A stretch of DNA of 64,000 nucleotides from Candidatus Zixiibacteriota bacterium (GTDB lineage Bacteria; Zixibacteria; MSB-5A5; SM23-73-2): the NCBI GenBank assembly GCA_030615745.1, contig JAUWYR010000001.1:29959-93958 (forward strand), written 5' to 3'. Each line of letters opens with the position of its first letter. Position 1 is the first letter of the stretch. Positions 26,101 through 34,230 of the stretch are shown here, one piece after another. The translations under genes and the position numbers were made by a program. The notes below the pieces were generated by a model, which was not told where the DNA came from, did no database searches, and saw only the letters and a list, made by a program, of their open reading frames with translations.

Positions 26101-26688
26101 GATGTATTTGCCACTCTCAGGAAAAACACCATCACAGGCAATTTCTATGGGATGGTCTTTAATGAGCCGGATACCATTAGAACTCAGTTGGTATCGATAA
26201 CTGTCAGCGGTTCTGCGGATGACCGAAACTTCATTTATGATAACAGCAGTTTTGAGCTTCTGATGGAATATTGCGATAATGATGTGAATGCTACTTATAA
26301 TTACTGGGGTAAATCTTTGCTTTCGCAAATTGAGGATGAGATCTACCATCAAGTGGATCAATCAGATCTTGGTCTGGTGGATTTTGGTAATCCACTACTG
26401 CACGGAGATGTGAACTTAGATGGAGAAATCAATCTTGGAGATGTGATCTATCTTGCAAATTACCTTCTTAAAAGTGGCCCAGAACCCCCAATCTTTTTAA
26501 TTGCAGATGTGAACTGCGATGACAAAATTAATTTGAGTGATGTCATCTATTTAGCAAATTATCTGCTCAAGGGTGGTCCTGCTCCATGTGGTGGCGCACT
26601 TGCAAAGGCTACTGTTCAGACTCAAAAGAAAGAGATGGAGAAGGTTGAAATTGTTAAACCTGCTTCAGTACATTCTCTCATTCAGTAA
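20101..26688 (+). CDS. Giant secreted multi-module protein. It has a signal peptide, a prenyltransferase/terpene-cyclase-like alpha-alpha repeat region, at least four right-handed parallel beta-helix (NosD/pectate-lyase-like) modules and a C-terminal type I dockerin.
   Basis: 2195 aa. GGWDW / GAWDWND / NGGWYWDGG repeats; many N-x-I-x-x-N beta-helix rungs; module heads VWVDDD...IQDGIDA; C-terminus GDVNLDGEINLGDVIYLANYLLKSGP...ADVNCDDKINLSDVIYLANYLLKGGPAP. Confidence 0.85.
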   Translation: MNWKKFRAIILSCFLAFLIIGLNSETLSAEEEEVSPPHEAVNFPMDEDLTLPSILSSHKIIKSPTSAELSTWLKDSKASPVTPFEFPSIQKLGLDTFKPPSDRTGVSAPKVSVTSPDYTSALSAGAYRLVGLQADITEDNAGNGDPDVDLEDGGWDWQVDSTITAHSGSPSPTNTYGVTAGGVLGAYIALGGKPFPPDHSVLTSLEDAYAGMLADTTIDSGGDFQFLVRLSEKTGDSKYADLAKARYDAKKTLLGGSKAWADSIFAWRAGLQNGIIPFDINLLAVGAAKLNDYFPGQGYDFDADTFAQAIYDDIYNDTPGYFDETDKTEWWWTLGIAGALEAFTVSGTHPTERDELADTLLNYQNDGITKTPKGAWDWNDTYTGGDYQTTAYAIMALMTYGGTQAESACIEGVNWLVSEQRANGGWYWDGGNECTEEVGEVLWAISLVVPTEVWVDDDFNSSTPGWSYDHFDKIQDGVDAVAAGGTVHVADGNYDATTSPFVRITKPLTLLGESRDGVILDGTGTSTISWAKGIHVTADSVTIKNLTVQNFGAPGYWGYGVLFRDYAHDTPGEGYIFYYGCVAENVKSQNNCYPMYALVNRNLTVRNCLIQDNLGDGMFIARECDNVIITENTVLNSGDHGIWVGKCWTGLGPSDTATITDNFIDGAREGGITFCASDSAFISGNAITNVKGEEPPAGWSVGALSLKDGVSNVTVSNNYIHGNDGLGTGCGRGVGVDGTSSNITIFDNIISDNAGEGIKVIGSTSVWSCNSNYICCNTGYGAENTTGTTLDFENNWWGASDGPSGVGPGSGDSVSTNVDYDPWMTVSVVWVDDDWAGTTCGDSVGGHLFGYDAFATIQDGIDAEAVGGVVYVHLGNYTEQLIIQKGITLEGMTSSPKPKIIAPAVRAPAFQIAESGRWWDPVIFMGLKAGAGTANITVKGFEIDGLNLGTAGNTFVAILARNANPGLIRDCDIHDFHNTFNSDMGSGIMIYGNSNVAVKNNGVSAFSKNGITANGDFGPSVDPTVTIDSNTVIGDGYITTVAQNGIQVGFGAGGVVHANTISDIGWIWDGTGTHWVSSGILPAVYNNYYAPGPVVHCTDNIITDVQCGIYYSDGNGNAIGNSYTMTNSDGLDAGDPAYAYYVGILGCDPVEGAPIPKVSPFEDQGTGEGVGPPPLRKPAAILTYDFSNNILIGDSKNTSEGIYFYNWSGGAHTLVGTATNNTVKYFSWGLSSDSDGSTVNVTFNDNTVACNTVLGIYIGGGTTASLLYNNSLFGNAQNAQDDGTPPNAWDDGSVGNFWDDWASNSGYPTIYNVPGTAGSVDNYPQAPSVVWVDDDWAGTACGDSVGGHLFGYDAFATIQDGIDAVADAGIVKVLEGTYNPFIVDAKSVTVEGQSDVIVTGNQTVTTAYGDRSTIIFVKSSTDVTLKNLNVQGPVSGTPRYGIIFQGVTGEFIQGTVSPNNVDEWSNGCGIGIWGTSDVDIKESTVRNFGKVGIFYYAASGQILDCTVEGVVFNDSLRLTNAIEPDYGSSVDIINTEVYNSRNLHPNPAWASIGILSYGWGVPTTVNVYDCNIHDNDYGIWTALGSAANSHFNFNDILGNYQYGFYNAEGVLADANLNYWGDYSGPTLPGDGDLRGTSVLALASPMVLEKGLKSGSVTPINSSQTEGDVTLSKTSGVLGTGDAISDSVTYSPWLGYPVGTVPMTYHVDTTGKIQLAIDTSSAGDTVKVHEGAFNENLVINQSIALLGSGQSTTTIYPDSSDIGIPNPEVGPSFRGSQMVVVEATDVLIDGFIFDGDSPTLTPPGTIDARNGIITNYNTGNWNNLTVQNCTVKNIYFRGIYASAMTANNLTGINFNHNTVDNVNGSSFESLGLMFWGASGTITHNTITNSSIGAMFHWYSDGNLDSNIASGCELGFAVNSNDQTTTLSSNTITDSDQGIQTISVDALATVSDNIITDCKEGIVLYGGGPGLTDVVNNLIDGPEAYPAIGLYASTDLGIWGMGDVFATLRKNTITGNFYGMVFNEPDTIRTQLVSITVSGSADDRNFIYDNSSFELLMEYCDNDVNATYNYWGKSLLSQIEDEIYHQVDQSDLGLVDFGNPLLHGDVNLDGEINLGDVIYLANYLLKSGPEPPIFLIADVNCDDKINLSDVIYLANYLLKGGPAPCGGALAKATVQTQKKEMEKVEIVKPASVHSLIQ

Positions 26689-26703
26689 AGGGATTATGAT
26701 CTG

Positions 26704-26740
26704 AAAAAGCCCCGCCTTCTGGGCGGGGCTTTTTTATTTT
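26704..26740 (+). terminator. Rho-independent terminator GCCCCGCC-ttctg-GGCGGGGC + TTTTTTATTTTT.
   Basis: Read directly, 16 nt after the giant ORF stop. Confidence 0.85.
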
Positions 26741-26837
26741 TAAACTTAAGTTTTTTATCACTTGACTCCCACTTTTTTAAGCGTAATATTATTGGAAAGT
26801 TTTCTGTTAAACCTTCCAGATAGCGAGTTATCTAATT

Positions 26838-28841
26838 ATGGCTAAATTCAGATTGGTTTCAGACTACAAACCCACAGGCGACCAGCCCAAGGCGATTAAG
26901 GATTTGACTGAGGGGATAAAGCAAAAGGAGAAATTTCAAACTCTTCTGGGCGTTACCGGGTCCGGGAAAACTTTTACTATGGCTAATGTTATAACTAACT
27001 GCGGAAAACCAGCTCTGGTTATCTCTCATAATAAAACACTGGCAGCTCAGCTTTACGGAGAGCTCAAAGGATTTTTTCCAGAAAATGCAGTGGAGTTCTT
27101 TATCTCCTATTATGATTACTATCAGCCAGAAGCTTATGTTCCGGTAACAGATACCTATATTGAAAAAGATACCTCGATAAACGATGATATCGATAGACTG
27201 AGGCTAAGGGCAACTTCATCTCTCTTGGAAAGGAATGATGTGGTTATAGTTGCATCTGTGTCCTGCATTTATGGAATAGGTTCTCCTAAGGATTATCAGG
27301 AGCTTATGGCTTTTATTCAAACAGGAGAAAAAATAGAAAGGGATAAACTTTTAAAACAATTAATAGATATTCACTATACCAGAAACGATATCGATTTTGG
27401 CAGAGGAACATTCAGGGTTAGAGGTGATGTGGTTGAGATTCACCCTGCTTATGAGGAAACAGGAATAAGAATTGAACTTTTCGGAGATGGGGTTGAGAGG
27501 ATAACAGAAATAAATATCCTTACCGGTGAGATTTTGGAAGAGAAAAAAAAGATCGCTATCTATCCTGCCAAGCATTTTGTAACCTCATATCCGAGACTGG
27601 AACAGGCGATAAAAAATATTGAGAAGGAGCTTGAGCAGAGGTTGAAATGGTTCAGGTCACAGAATAAACTCTTAGAGGCTCAAAGATTGGAATCAAGAAC
27701 CAGATATGACATCGAGATGATGAGGGAGATCGGGTATTGTCCGGGAATAGAGAACTATTCCAGACATCTTTCCGGAAGAAAGCCAGGGGAAAGACCTTAT
27801 ACTTTGATTGACTTTTTTCCGAAAGACTATTTGGTAATAATCGATGAATCCCATCAGACAGTCCCTCAGATCAGGGGGATGTATGCAGGAGATCGTTCAA
27901 GAAAAGAGACTCTGGTTGAATATGGTTTCAGATTACCCTCTGCTCTGGATAACCGTCCACTTTTTTTTGAAGAGTTTGAGTCACTTATAAATAAGGTGAT
28001 TTTTGTCTCAGCAACTCCTGCTGAATATGAGCTGAAAAAGTCCAAAGGGGTGGTGGTTGAACAGCTAATTAGACCAACTGGCTTGATCGACCCTAAGATC
28101 ACGGTAAAGTCATCAGCTCACCAGGTGGATGACCTTTTAGATGAGATAAAAATTCGAGCACAAAGAAAAGAGAGAGTTTTAATCACTACTTTGACTAAAA
28201 GGATGGCTGAGGATTTAGCTGATTATCTTTCCCAGATGAATATCAGGGTGAGATACCTTCACTCGGAGATAGATGCGATTGATAGGGTGGATATATTAAG
28301 GGATCTGAGGTTAGCTGAGTTCGATGTCCTGGTAGGGATAAATCTCTTAAGAGAGGGATTGGATCTCCCTGAGGTATCTTTGGTTGCTATTCTGGATGCA
28401 GATAAGGAGGGGTTTTTAAGATCTGAGACATCCTTGGTTCAGGTAGCGGGAAGGGCAGCAAGAAATTTAGCTGGCGAGGTGATAATGTATGCTGATAATA
28501 TCACCGATTCGATGAGAAAGGCTATTGAGGAGACAGAGAGAAGAAGGAGAATTCAAAAAGAATATAATGAAAAGCATAAGATCAAACCAAGAACAATATA
28601 TAAATCAAGAGAGGAGATATTAAAGGCCACCACTTTTGCAGACTCAAGGTCCACACCACAAGTTAAAGAGGAGAGGATGGACTATCTAAAGGAGATGGGT
28701 ATAGAGGATCAGGTATCCTATTTAAAAAAAGCCATGAGGGAAGCAGTAAAAAACTTAGAATTCGAGAAAGCAGCTTTTTATCGAGATGAAATACAAAAGA
28801 TTAAAAAGAAAAGGCAGAGAAAAAGGTCAAGATATAGATGA
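26838..28841 (+). CDS. uvrB: Excinuclease ABC subunit B
   Basis: 667 aa. GVTGSGKT Walker A, DESH box, the beta-hairpin region [10 protein letters not shown] and a C-terminal UVR motif. Confidence 0.95.
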   Translation: MAKFRLVSDYKPTGDQPKAIKDLTEGIKQKEKFQTLLGVTGSGKTFTMANVITNCGKPALVISHNKTLAAQLYGELKGFFPENAVEFFISYYDYYQPEAYVPVTDTYIEKDTSINDDIDRLRLRATSSLLERNDVVIVASVSCIYGIGSPKDYQELMAFIQTGEKIERDKLLKQLIDIHYTRNDIDFGRGTFRVRGDVVEIHPAYEETGIRIELFGDGVERITEINILTGEILEEKKKIAIYPAKHFVTSYPRLEQAIKNIEKELEQRLKWFRSQNKLLEAQRLESRTRYDIEMMREIGYCPGIENYSRHLSGRKPGERPYTLIDFFPKDYLVIIDESHQTVPQIRGMYAGDRSRKETLVEYGFRLPSALDNRPLFFEEFESLINKVIFVSATPAEYELKKSKGVVVEQLIRPTGLIDPKITVKSSAHQVDDLLDEIKIRAQRKERVLITTLTKRMAEDLADYLSQMNIRVRYLHSEIDAIDRVDILRDLRLAEFDVLVGINLLREGLDLPEVSLVAILDADKEGFLRSETSLVQVAGRAARNLAGEVIMYADNITDSMRKAIEETERRRRIQKEYNEKHKIKPRTIYKSREEILKATTFADSRSTPQVKEERMDYLKEMGIEDQVSYLKKAMREAVKNLEFEKAAFYRDEIQKIKKKRQRKRSRYR

Positions 28842-29659
28842 GAGCAAACAAAATGGGAAAAACTTTTAAAGTTTTTATCTTTATTCTCCTTATCTCAATC
28901 TTAACAGGTTGTGAGGAGAAGATAATCAAATCTGAAAGTGATTTTGAGGCAATAAGAGCTATAACCTTGGATGAGAATCCAAGCATTTTCAAAAGCGACA
29001 TCTTCGATACTTTACAGGATACGCTATTTTACAGGGAGATAACAAAAAGAGACTTTTGGATCAGTCATCCTATTACCGAAGCACCACCCGAATCAAATTA
29101 TACTCATGAGGTTAATGTTGAGATCGTGGATAGCATTAAGGGTGTTTTTCACCATTTTTTAAATGGGGTAGAATATGTTGATAGTTTTGAAGCCACATCT
29201 ATAACAAAAGGGTATTTAGTTAGATGGCCAGAGATTCCTCGCCACCGCGGCTGGATTTTGAAAAAAGTATCAGGTAATAAAATTTTCACCATACCTGGTG
29301 CATCTAGTTTTTCTAGCGTAATTATTACCTCTCCTGCTGGAAAAAATACTTTGCTTCGCTCAGGGATAACATCTTTAAAATCTTTTAAAGACATCTTAAG
29401 TTTTAACTCAGGCGACTCCATCACTCTGGAGTTAAGTCCGACGAAATCCACTGACTACTTATATCTCCATTATGATGATGGAACAAATTACATAAAGCGT
29501 CCATTTATTAAAGAAAATGGGAAATTTATATCTGGCTGTAAAATTGATGGAAAAGGATACCAGCACATTTTCATCGATATCATTGACAAAAGCTCGATAG
29601 ATGATAGCACAGCTTCTTATAAATCTAACGCATGGGGGATTTTGATTCAGGTTGAATGA
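28838..29659 (+). CDS. Hypothetical lipoprotein
   Basis: 273 aa with the lipobox ILTGC. ATGA overlap with the uvrB stop. No family recognised. Confidence 0.55.
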   Translation: MRANKMGKTFKVFIFILLISILTGCEEKIIKSESDFEAIRAITLDENPSIFKSDIFDTLQDTLFYREITKRDFWISHPITEAPPESNYTHEVNVEIVDSIKGVFHHFLNGVEYVDSFEATSITKGYLVRWPEIPRHRGWILKKVSGNKIFTIPGASSFSSVIITSPAGKNTLLRSGITSLKSFKDILSFNSGDSITLELSPTKSTDYLYLHYDDGTNYIKRPFIKENGKFISGCKIDGKGYQHIFIDIIDKSSIDDSTASYKSNAWGILIQVE

Positions 29660-29801
29660 TGAATTTAGGTGGATGATATTTAAAAAATAGTTTAGAGGAG
29701 GAACTTCCAGCTGCGACGAGCCCCGACTTATTTTTTAAAGTTCGAGGTAAGGTACCCCGAACTAACGGAAGTCTTTTCTCTATTTGGGTTAATCTTTGTT
29801 T

Positions 29802-29841
29802 AGCACAGGTTGCTTGCCCGGCCAGGGGGATGACCTGTGCT
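29802..29841 (+). repeat. Hairpin AGCACAGGT / ACCTGTGCT enclosing the loop TGCTTGCCCGGCCAGGGGGATG (family copy 3).
   Basis: Read directly. Confidence 0.7.
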
Positions 29842-30088
29842 ACCTGTTATTTATGACATTATTCAGTTGATAAAAAAATGTCTTGGGATAACGTAAATAG
29901 CTTTCTCTTTTCAAAAAATTCTGATTTATACCGATAAGAAAAATAATGAAAAAGCTTATGGATTTATAAAGCTCTGTAAAGAGGTTGAACTTTCTGAAAT
30001 TCTCCAGTTTGGTTTGAAAAAATGTTTGTTTTAATTTTACCCTCAAATATTTCAGTTTAGCTTTCGTTTAGAGGAAAAGGAGAGTGAA

Positions 30089-30289
30089 TTGATCTCGACA
30101 GAAAAATTATTTATCGAGGGAATCAAAGCTTTGGAGGATGAGAATTATTCTGAGGCTGAAGAGAAATTAAAAAAAGTTGCTAAAACTAAAACTGACAAAT
30201 CAAAAAAAGCTCAAGTTATCTTAGCTGCTCTGTCTTTGAAAGAGGAGTGTGAGAATTTATTAAAAAAGCTCAAAAGCTCTGGAGGTTAA
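30089..30289 (+). CDS. Small helical hypothetical protein (TTG start)
   Basis: 66 aa with an AAGGAGAG RBS. Charged helical sequence; no family recognised. Confidence 0.35.
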   Translation: MISTEKLFIEGIKALEDENYSEAEEKLKKVAKTKTDKSKKAQVILAALSLKEECENLLKKLKSSGG

Positions 30290-30290
30290 A

Positions 30291-30482
30291 ATGGCAAGGA
30301 AAAAAAGAACTTTTGCAGATAAGATGAAGAGAGAGAAAAAGGTGATGGTGTGTCCGGTTTGTAATAGCCCGATTCAAAATATTTTTCTTGTGAAGTCGGT
30401 TAAGACAGATAACGGTTTTTGGAAATTTAAGCAAAGGCATATATCCGTTTGTAAGTGTAATCAGAAAGAAGTTTACTCTTGA
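30291..30482 (+). CDS. Small zinc-ribbon-like hypothetical protein
   Basis: 63 aa with CPVC ... CKC. It begins 1 nt after the previous stop and is followed by a terminator. Confidence 0.4.
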   Translation: MARKKRTFADKMKREKKVMVCPVCNSPIQNIFLVKSVKTDNGFWKFKQRHISVCKCNQKEVYS

Positions 30483-30513
30483 TTTTAATAAAATTTAGCT
30501 GAAACTTTTTGAA

Positions 30514-30553
30514 AAAGCCGACGCAAAAACTTGATTGTGCCGGCTTTTTTTCT
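30514..30553 (+). terminator. Rho-independent terminator AAAAAGCCGAC...TGCCGGCTTTTTTT.
   Basis: Read directly; the stem has one mismatch. Confidence 0.6.
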
Positions 30554-30848
30554 GTAAAAATCGAAGCGACCAAGTTATATAAGCTAACAAAAGGTTAAAA
30601 ATTAGTTAAATTTAAATTTTCACCTGTCTGAGACCCAAGGGAGAGGTTACTCTACCATCCTGCAAAGGGGGGATAAAGATGTTGAAAATCTCAACAAAGA
30701 TGGATTCATGGAACCCTTTGACTGAAAGGGGAAAACAGAGGAGCCATTCATCTCTGAAGCTCGGATACTAAAATATGATCCAAAAACAGAGGGTGAGTTT
30801 TGGAAAATTAGCAATATTGCAAAAGTGGAAAGAAAATGAAAAAAATCC

Positions 30849-30876
30849 TTGACAATTATTTATATATAATTATATT
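30849..30876 (+). promoter_or_regulatory. Possible promoter TTGACA, 16 nt, TATATT, upstream of the repeat-adhesin gene.
   Basis: Read directly. Confidence 0.3.
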
Positions 30877-31144
30877 AGGAGTAGAAAATAAGTGGAGTTT
30901 ACCCCTTCGCTTAAGGTAAAGAATATATCATCCATATTAAATTTTAAATGGGTGAAATACATCTTGTTTTGCATTAGGAAGGATTCCTCTTGGAGGGGGG
31001 AATTACAGAGTAGATTTTTGATTTTGTACGGTAGGAAGAGTTAAAAACTTCTTCCTTATCTAAAAATGTTTAGAATACTAAAGTGCACACAAGAAAAGTG
31101 GCAGAAGCCAATAGTTCCAAAAAATCCAGAATAAAGGAGCGTAT

Positions 31145-33730
31145 ATGGGCATAAAAAAGGTCTGCTTTTTTCTTTTGATATTTTCAACTATTTTGAGTCT
31201 TCCTGTAAGTGGTTTAGCCCAGGTTGACAGCACTTCGGAATTTGACTTGAAGTTCACTGAATTCACGCAGGCGGCAAACGAAGACCCCACCATGGGCGCC
31301 ATCCACTGGATCGGTTCCATCCTCCAGCAGAGCAACTCAAGGTACTACGAGGGTATGTCCGTGTGCCAACGGCTTATATTTAACGATATTCCTTCTACCC
31401 CAGGGGACACCCATACATTGACGCTGAGCCATGAGGCGACAAAAGGTGGTGTTCACGCCTATGATTTTCTTACCTCCTGGGACAATGCCATACCAGCTGC
31501 AGATTCGATAGCTCCCGGGCAGAATCTTCTCGTGGATTTGTTTTCCGACAAGTGTGGTCCCGAATTTTGGGGGTCAACTCAGGCAATTTGTGATTCCATC
31601 CACAACCTGGGGCTTTACGACGAGGCTGATTTAGCAGTTCTGGATATGGACAGTGTAGGCGGGCATAACGTAAAACTCAGAGCCGATAACTATGATACTT
31701 TTTTTGGAATCCCCCGCACGATCAAGATTTGGGGTAGCGACTCAGTTTTTTCAGCATATGTAACATTTGATGGCTACACCGGGAGTGCCGACAATAAGTA
31801 TGCCAACTACACCCTCCACTGGACCTCAGCTTCGGATACCGTAATAATCGAGATGGCTGGTCACCTTTCGGTTGGCGTAGATCCTTTGGAGGCTGGTATT
31901 GGTTATGGCGAAGGCTTCGGGGCTGCTGACATCAGTGGCGGACCATACCATTTCAAGCTGTCCAAACTTGATGGTTCTTCTTTGGGTTCACAAGATAACC
32001 AGATAAAAGGTGCGGATGTCCTTTTGCCAGCCTTAGAATGTCGTGTAATTCCTGACAGTCAGGCGGTATGTGTTGGAGGTTCAGCCACCTTTACAGACAG
32101 CAGCAGGGGCGGCACACCGCCCTACAGTTGGTCTTGGACAGGGCCTAATGGTTTTACAGCCAGTACTCAATCCATTACCATTAACAATGCCCAGCTTGTT
32201 AATGCGGGCACATATCAGGTAATAGTGACGGATGATAATGGTTTAGCAGATACTTGTTATGGGGAGTTAGTGGTCTGGTTGCCACCGGTATGTTCCATAG
32301 ATCCGGCCAGTGCTGAGATTTGCCAGGGAGATTCAGCGGAGTTCTGTGTGGTACCCAGTGGTGGGACTGCACCTTATACTTATCAATGGAATCATGGTCC
32401 TACGGATTCCTGCGTGTGGATAAGTACTGCTGGTACCTATCCAGTTTTAGTAACCGATGCCAAGGGTTGTACCACCAGCTGTCAGGCAACTTTGACCGTT
32501 AATCCTGTTCCAAGCTGTTCCATAGAGCCACCCAGTGCTGAGATTTGTGATGGTGATTCCCAGAAGTTCTGTGTGGCTCCCAGTGGCGGAACTCCGCCAT
32601 ATACTTACCAGTGGAGTCACGGACCCACCGATTCCTGCATCTGGGCAAGTGACACTGGCACCTATACAGTTGTGGTCACTGATGACAAAGGGTGCACCAC
32701 CAGTTGCCAGGCGACTTTGACCGTACATCCGCCACCGGACTGTTATATTACCGGGGATAGTGTAATTTGTGAAGGATCTACTGCAGAGTTTTGTGCCACA
32801 CCAGGTATGGCCAGTTATTCTTGGACTGGACCGGGAGGATTCAGTGCCAGTACTCAGTGTACAGGTGCGATAGGGGATTCCGGATATTATCAGGTAGTCA
32901 TCACCGATACCAATGGATGTGTGGACAGTTGTGGACGGACATTGGTGGTTAATGACAAGCCGGACTGTTCTATTACCGGGGATAGTGTGGTATGTGAGGG
33001 CTTTACTGCGGACTTTTGTGCTACTCCGGGTATGGCCAGTTATACCTGGACTGGGCCAGGAGGATTCAGTGCTAATACTCGTTGTACAGGTGCGATAGGG
33101 GATTCCGGATATTATCAGGTAGTCATCACCGATACCAATGGATGTGTGGACAGCTGTGGACGGACATTGGTGGTTTATCCTCAGCCGGCATGTTCCATAG
33201 ATCCACCCAGTGCCGAGATCTGTCAGGGCGAGTCCCAAGAGTTCTGTGTGATCCCCAGTGGTGGGACTCCTCCATATACCTACCAGTGGAACCATGGGCC
33301 TACGGATTCATGTGTGTGGGTGAGTGTGGCTGGCCTATACTCAGTTGTAGTCACGGATGCCAAAGGATGCGCGAACACTTGCGGTCGGACATTGGTGGTT
33401 TATCAACCGGACTGTTATATTACCGGGGAAAATGTAATACCTGTAGGATCCACCACGGAGTTTTGTGCTCCCCCTGGTATGGCCAGCTATTCCTGGACTG
33501 GACCAGGAGGATTCAGTGCTGATACTCGTTGTACAGGTCAGATAGGAGAGGAAGGGTGGTATACGGTGACTATCACGGATGAGAATGGATGTGAGAACAC
33601 CTGTAGTCTGAAATTGACGGTGACGGATCATGTTTCTTCAATGACCCGGTTGGGCCTGGTTCTCTTAATACTTGCTATGGCTGGTGTCTCCATATATCTG
33701 ATCTCTAAGAGAAGGAGAGCTGCGGCGTAA
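31145..33730 (+). CDS. Cell-surface repeat protein: signal peptide, unknown ~300-aa N-domain, about nine Cys-containing SprB-type / Ig-like repeats, and a C-terminal TM anchor + KRRRAAA.
   Basis: 861 aa. Type A repeats read CSI(D/E)PxSAEIC-GDS-FCV-PSGGT-PYTYQW-HGPTDSC...VTD-KGCT. Type B repeats read PDC(Y/S)ITGDSV-CEG-TA-FCATPGMASY-WTGPGGFSA-T-CTGAIGDSGYYQVVITDTNGCVDSCGRTLVV. Confidence 0.8.
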   Translation: MGIKKVCFFLLIFSTILSLPVSGLAQVDSTSEFDLKFTEFTQAANEDPTMGAIHWIGSILQQSNSRYYEGMSVCQRLIFNDIPSTPGDTHTLTLSHEATKGGVHAYDFLTSWDNAIPAADSIAPGQNLLVDLFSDKCGPEFWGSTQAICDSIHNLGLYDEADLAVLDMDSVGGHNVKLRADNYDTFFGIPRTIKIWGSDSVFSAYVTFDGYTGSADNKYANYTLHWTSASDTVIIEMAGHLSVGVDPLEAGIGYGEGFGAADISGGPYHFKLSKLDGSSLGSQDNQIKGADVLLPALECRVIPDSQAVCVGGSATFTDSSRGGTPPYSWSWTGPNGFTASTQSITINNAQLVNAGTYQVIVTDDNGLADTCYGELVVWLPPVCSIDPASAEICQGDSAEFCVVPSGGTAPYTYQWNHGPTDSCVWISTAGTYPVLVTDAKGCTTSCQATLTVNPVPSCSIEPPSAEICDGDSQKFCVAPSGGTPPYTYQWSHGPTDSCIWASDTGTYTVVVTDDKGCTTSCQATLTVHPPPDCYITGDSVICEGSTAEFCATPGMASYSWTGPGGFSASTQCTGAIGDSGYYQVVITDTNGCVDSCGRTLVVNDKPDCSITGDSVVCEGFTADFCATPGMASYTWTGPGGFSANTRCTGAIGDSGYYQVVITDTNGCVDSCGRTLVVYPQPACSIDPPSAEICQGESQEFCVIPSGGTPPYTYQWNHGPTDSCVWVSVAGLYSVVVTDAKGCANTCGRTLVVYQPDCYITGENVIPVGSTTEFCAPPGMASYSWTGPGGFSADTRCTGQIGEEGWYTVTITDENGCENTCSLKLTVTDHVSSMTRLGLVLLILAMAGVSIYLISKRRRAAA
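32735..33184 (+). repeat. Two adjacent, near-identical 225-bp units (type B domain) inside the adhesin gene; a more diverged unit starts at 33408.
   Basis: The nucleotide strings starting at 32735 and 32960 match over most positions. Confidence 0.75.
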
Positions 33731-33891
33731 GATGAGCCTGCAGTGACCTGAAGTTATAAACACATCCTCTGGATTCTATACCCAGGGGAGGTGTTAAAAT
33801 TATTTAAGTTCTTATAGAAAATATTCCGCTACCAAAAAGATGCTTCTGGGGAAATAGAGATAAGTAACTTAAAACAAAAGCTTTGAGAGTT

Positions 33892-33926
33892 AAAAACATG
33901 GAGAGAAATCTCCGTGTTTTTTTTAT
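33892..33926 (+). terminator. Hairpin ACATGGAGA-gaaa-TCTCCGTGT + TTTTTTTT.
   Basis: Read directly, about 165 nt downstream of the adhesin gene. A second imperfect hairpin lies at 33770-33806. Confidence 0.55.
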
Positions 33927-34230
33927 TTTCGAAACTTAAGGGATGAGAGTATCTGTAGTCATCAGACGTTTTAAATAAATATCCAGTAATTATCCCTCTT
34001 GCTTGATCTTTTAACTTTTCAGGGAAAATCATCGCTGGAGTTAAAGCCCCCCGCAAAATGCGGGGAATCTACGACTTCAGCTTTACTTAAAAGCGACTGA
34101 AAAGAGATAAAAAAAATAATGTTGAAAAATAACCATTATAAAAGTGGATGTAATTAAAAGAGGATAAAGAATTGAGATAATTGGGTCGATTATTTTATAG
34201 AGGCGATTCTGATTTAAGCAAGGGAGGAAA

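Noticed and set aside
30640-30840. Protein-like reading-frame fragments (…MLKISTKMDSWNPLTE… and …KGKTEEPFISEARILKYDPKTEGEFWKISNIAKVERK*) upstream of the adhesin promoter.
   Set aside because: They are split over two frames, have no start or RBS for the longer piece, and match no family I recognise. This may be a decayed small gene, but I cannot support it.
32447-33295. A 282-aa antisense ORF inside the adhesin gene, plus many 60-230-aa antisense or off-frame ORFs inside cusA, cusB, the giant ORF, nuoG and others.
   Set aside because: They are embedded in well-supported long genes. These open frames are a by-product of composition and repeats, and no motifs were recognised.
33829-34056. Tracked 75-aa minus-strand ORF in the adhesin/T9SS-cargo spacer.
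   Set aside because: It spans a terminator hairpin and the solitary CRISPR-like repeat, with no RBS and no recognisable sequence features.
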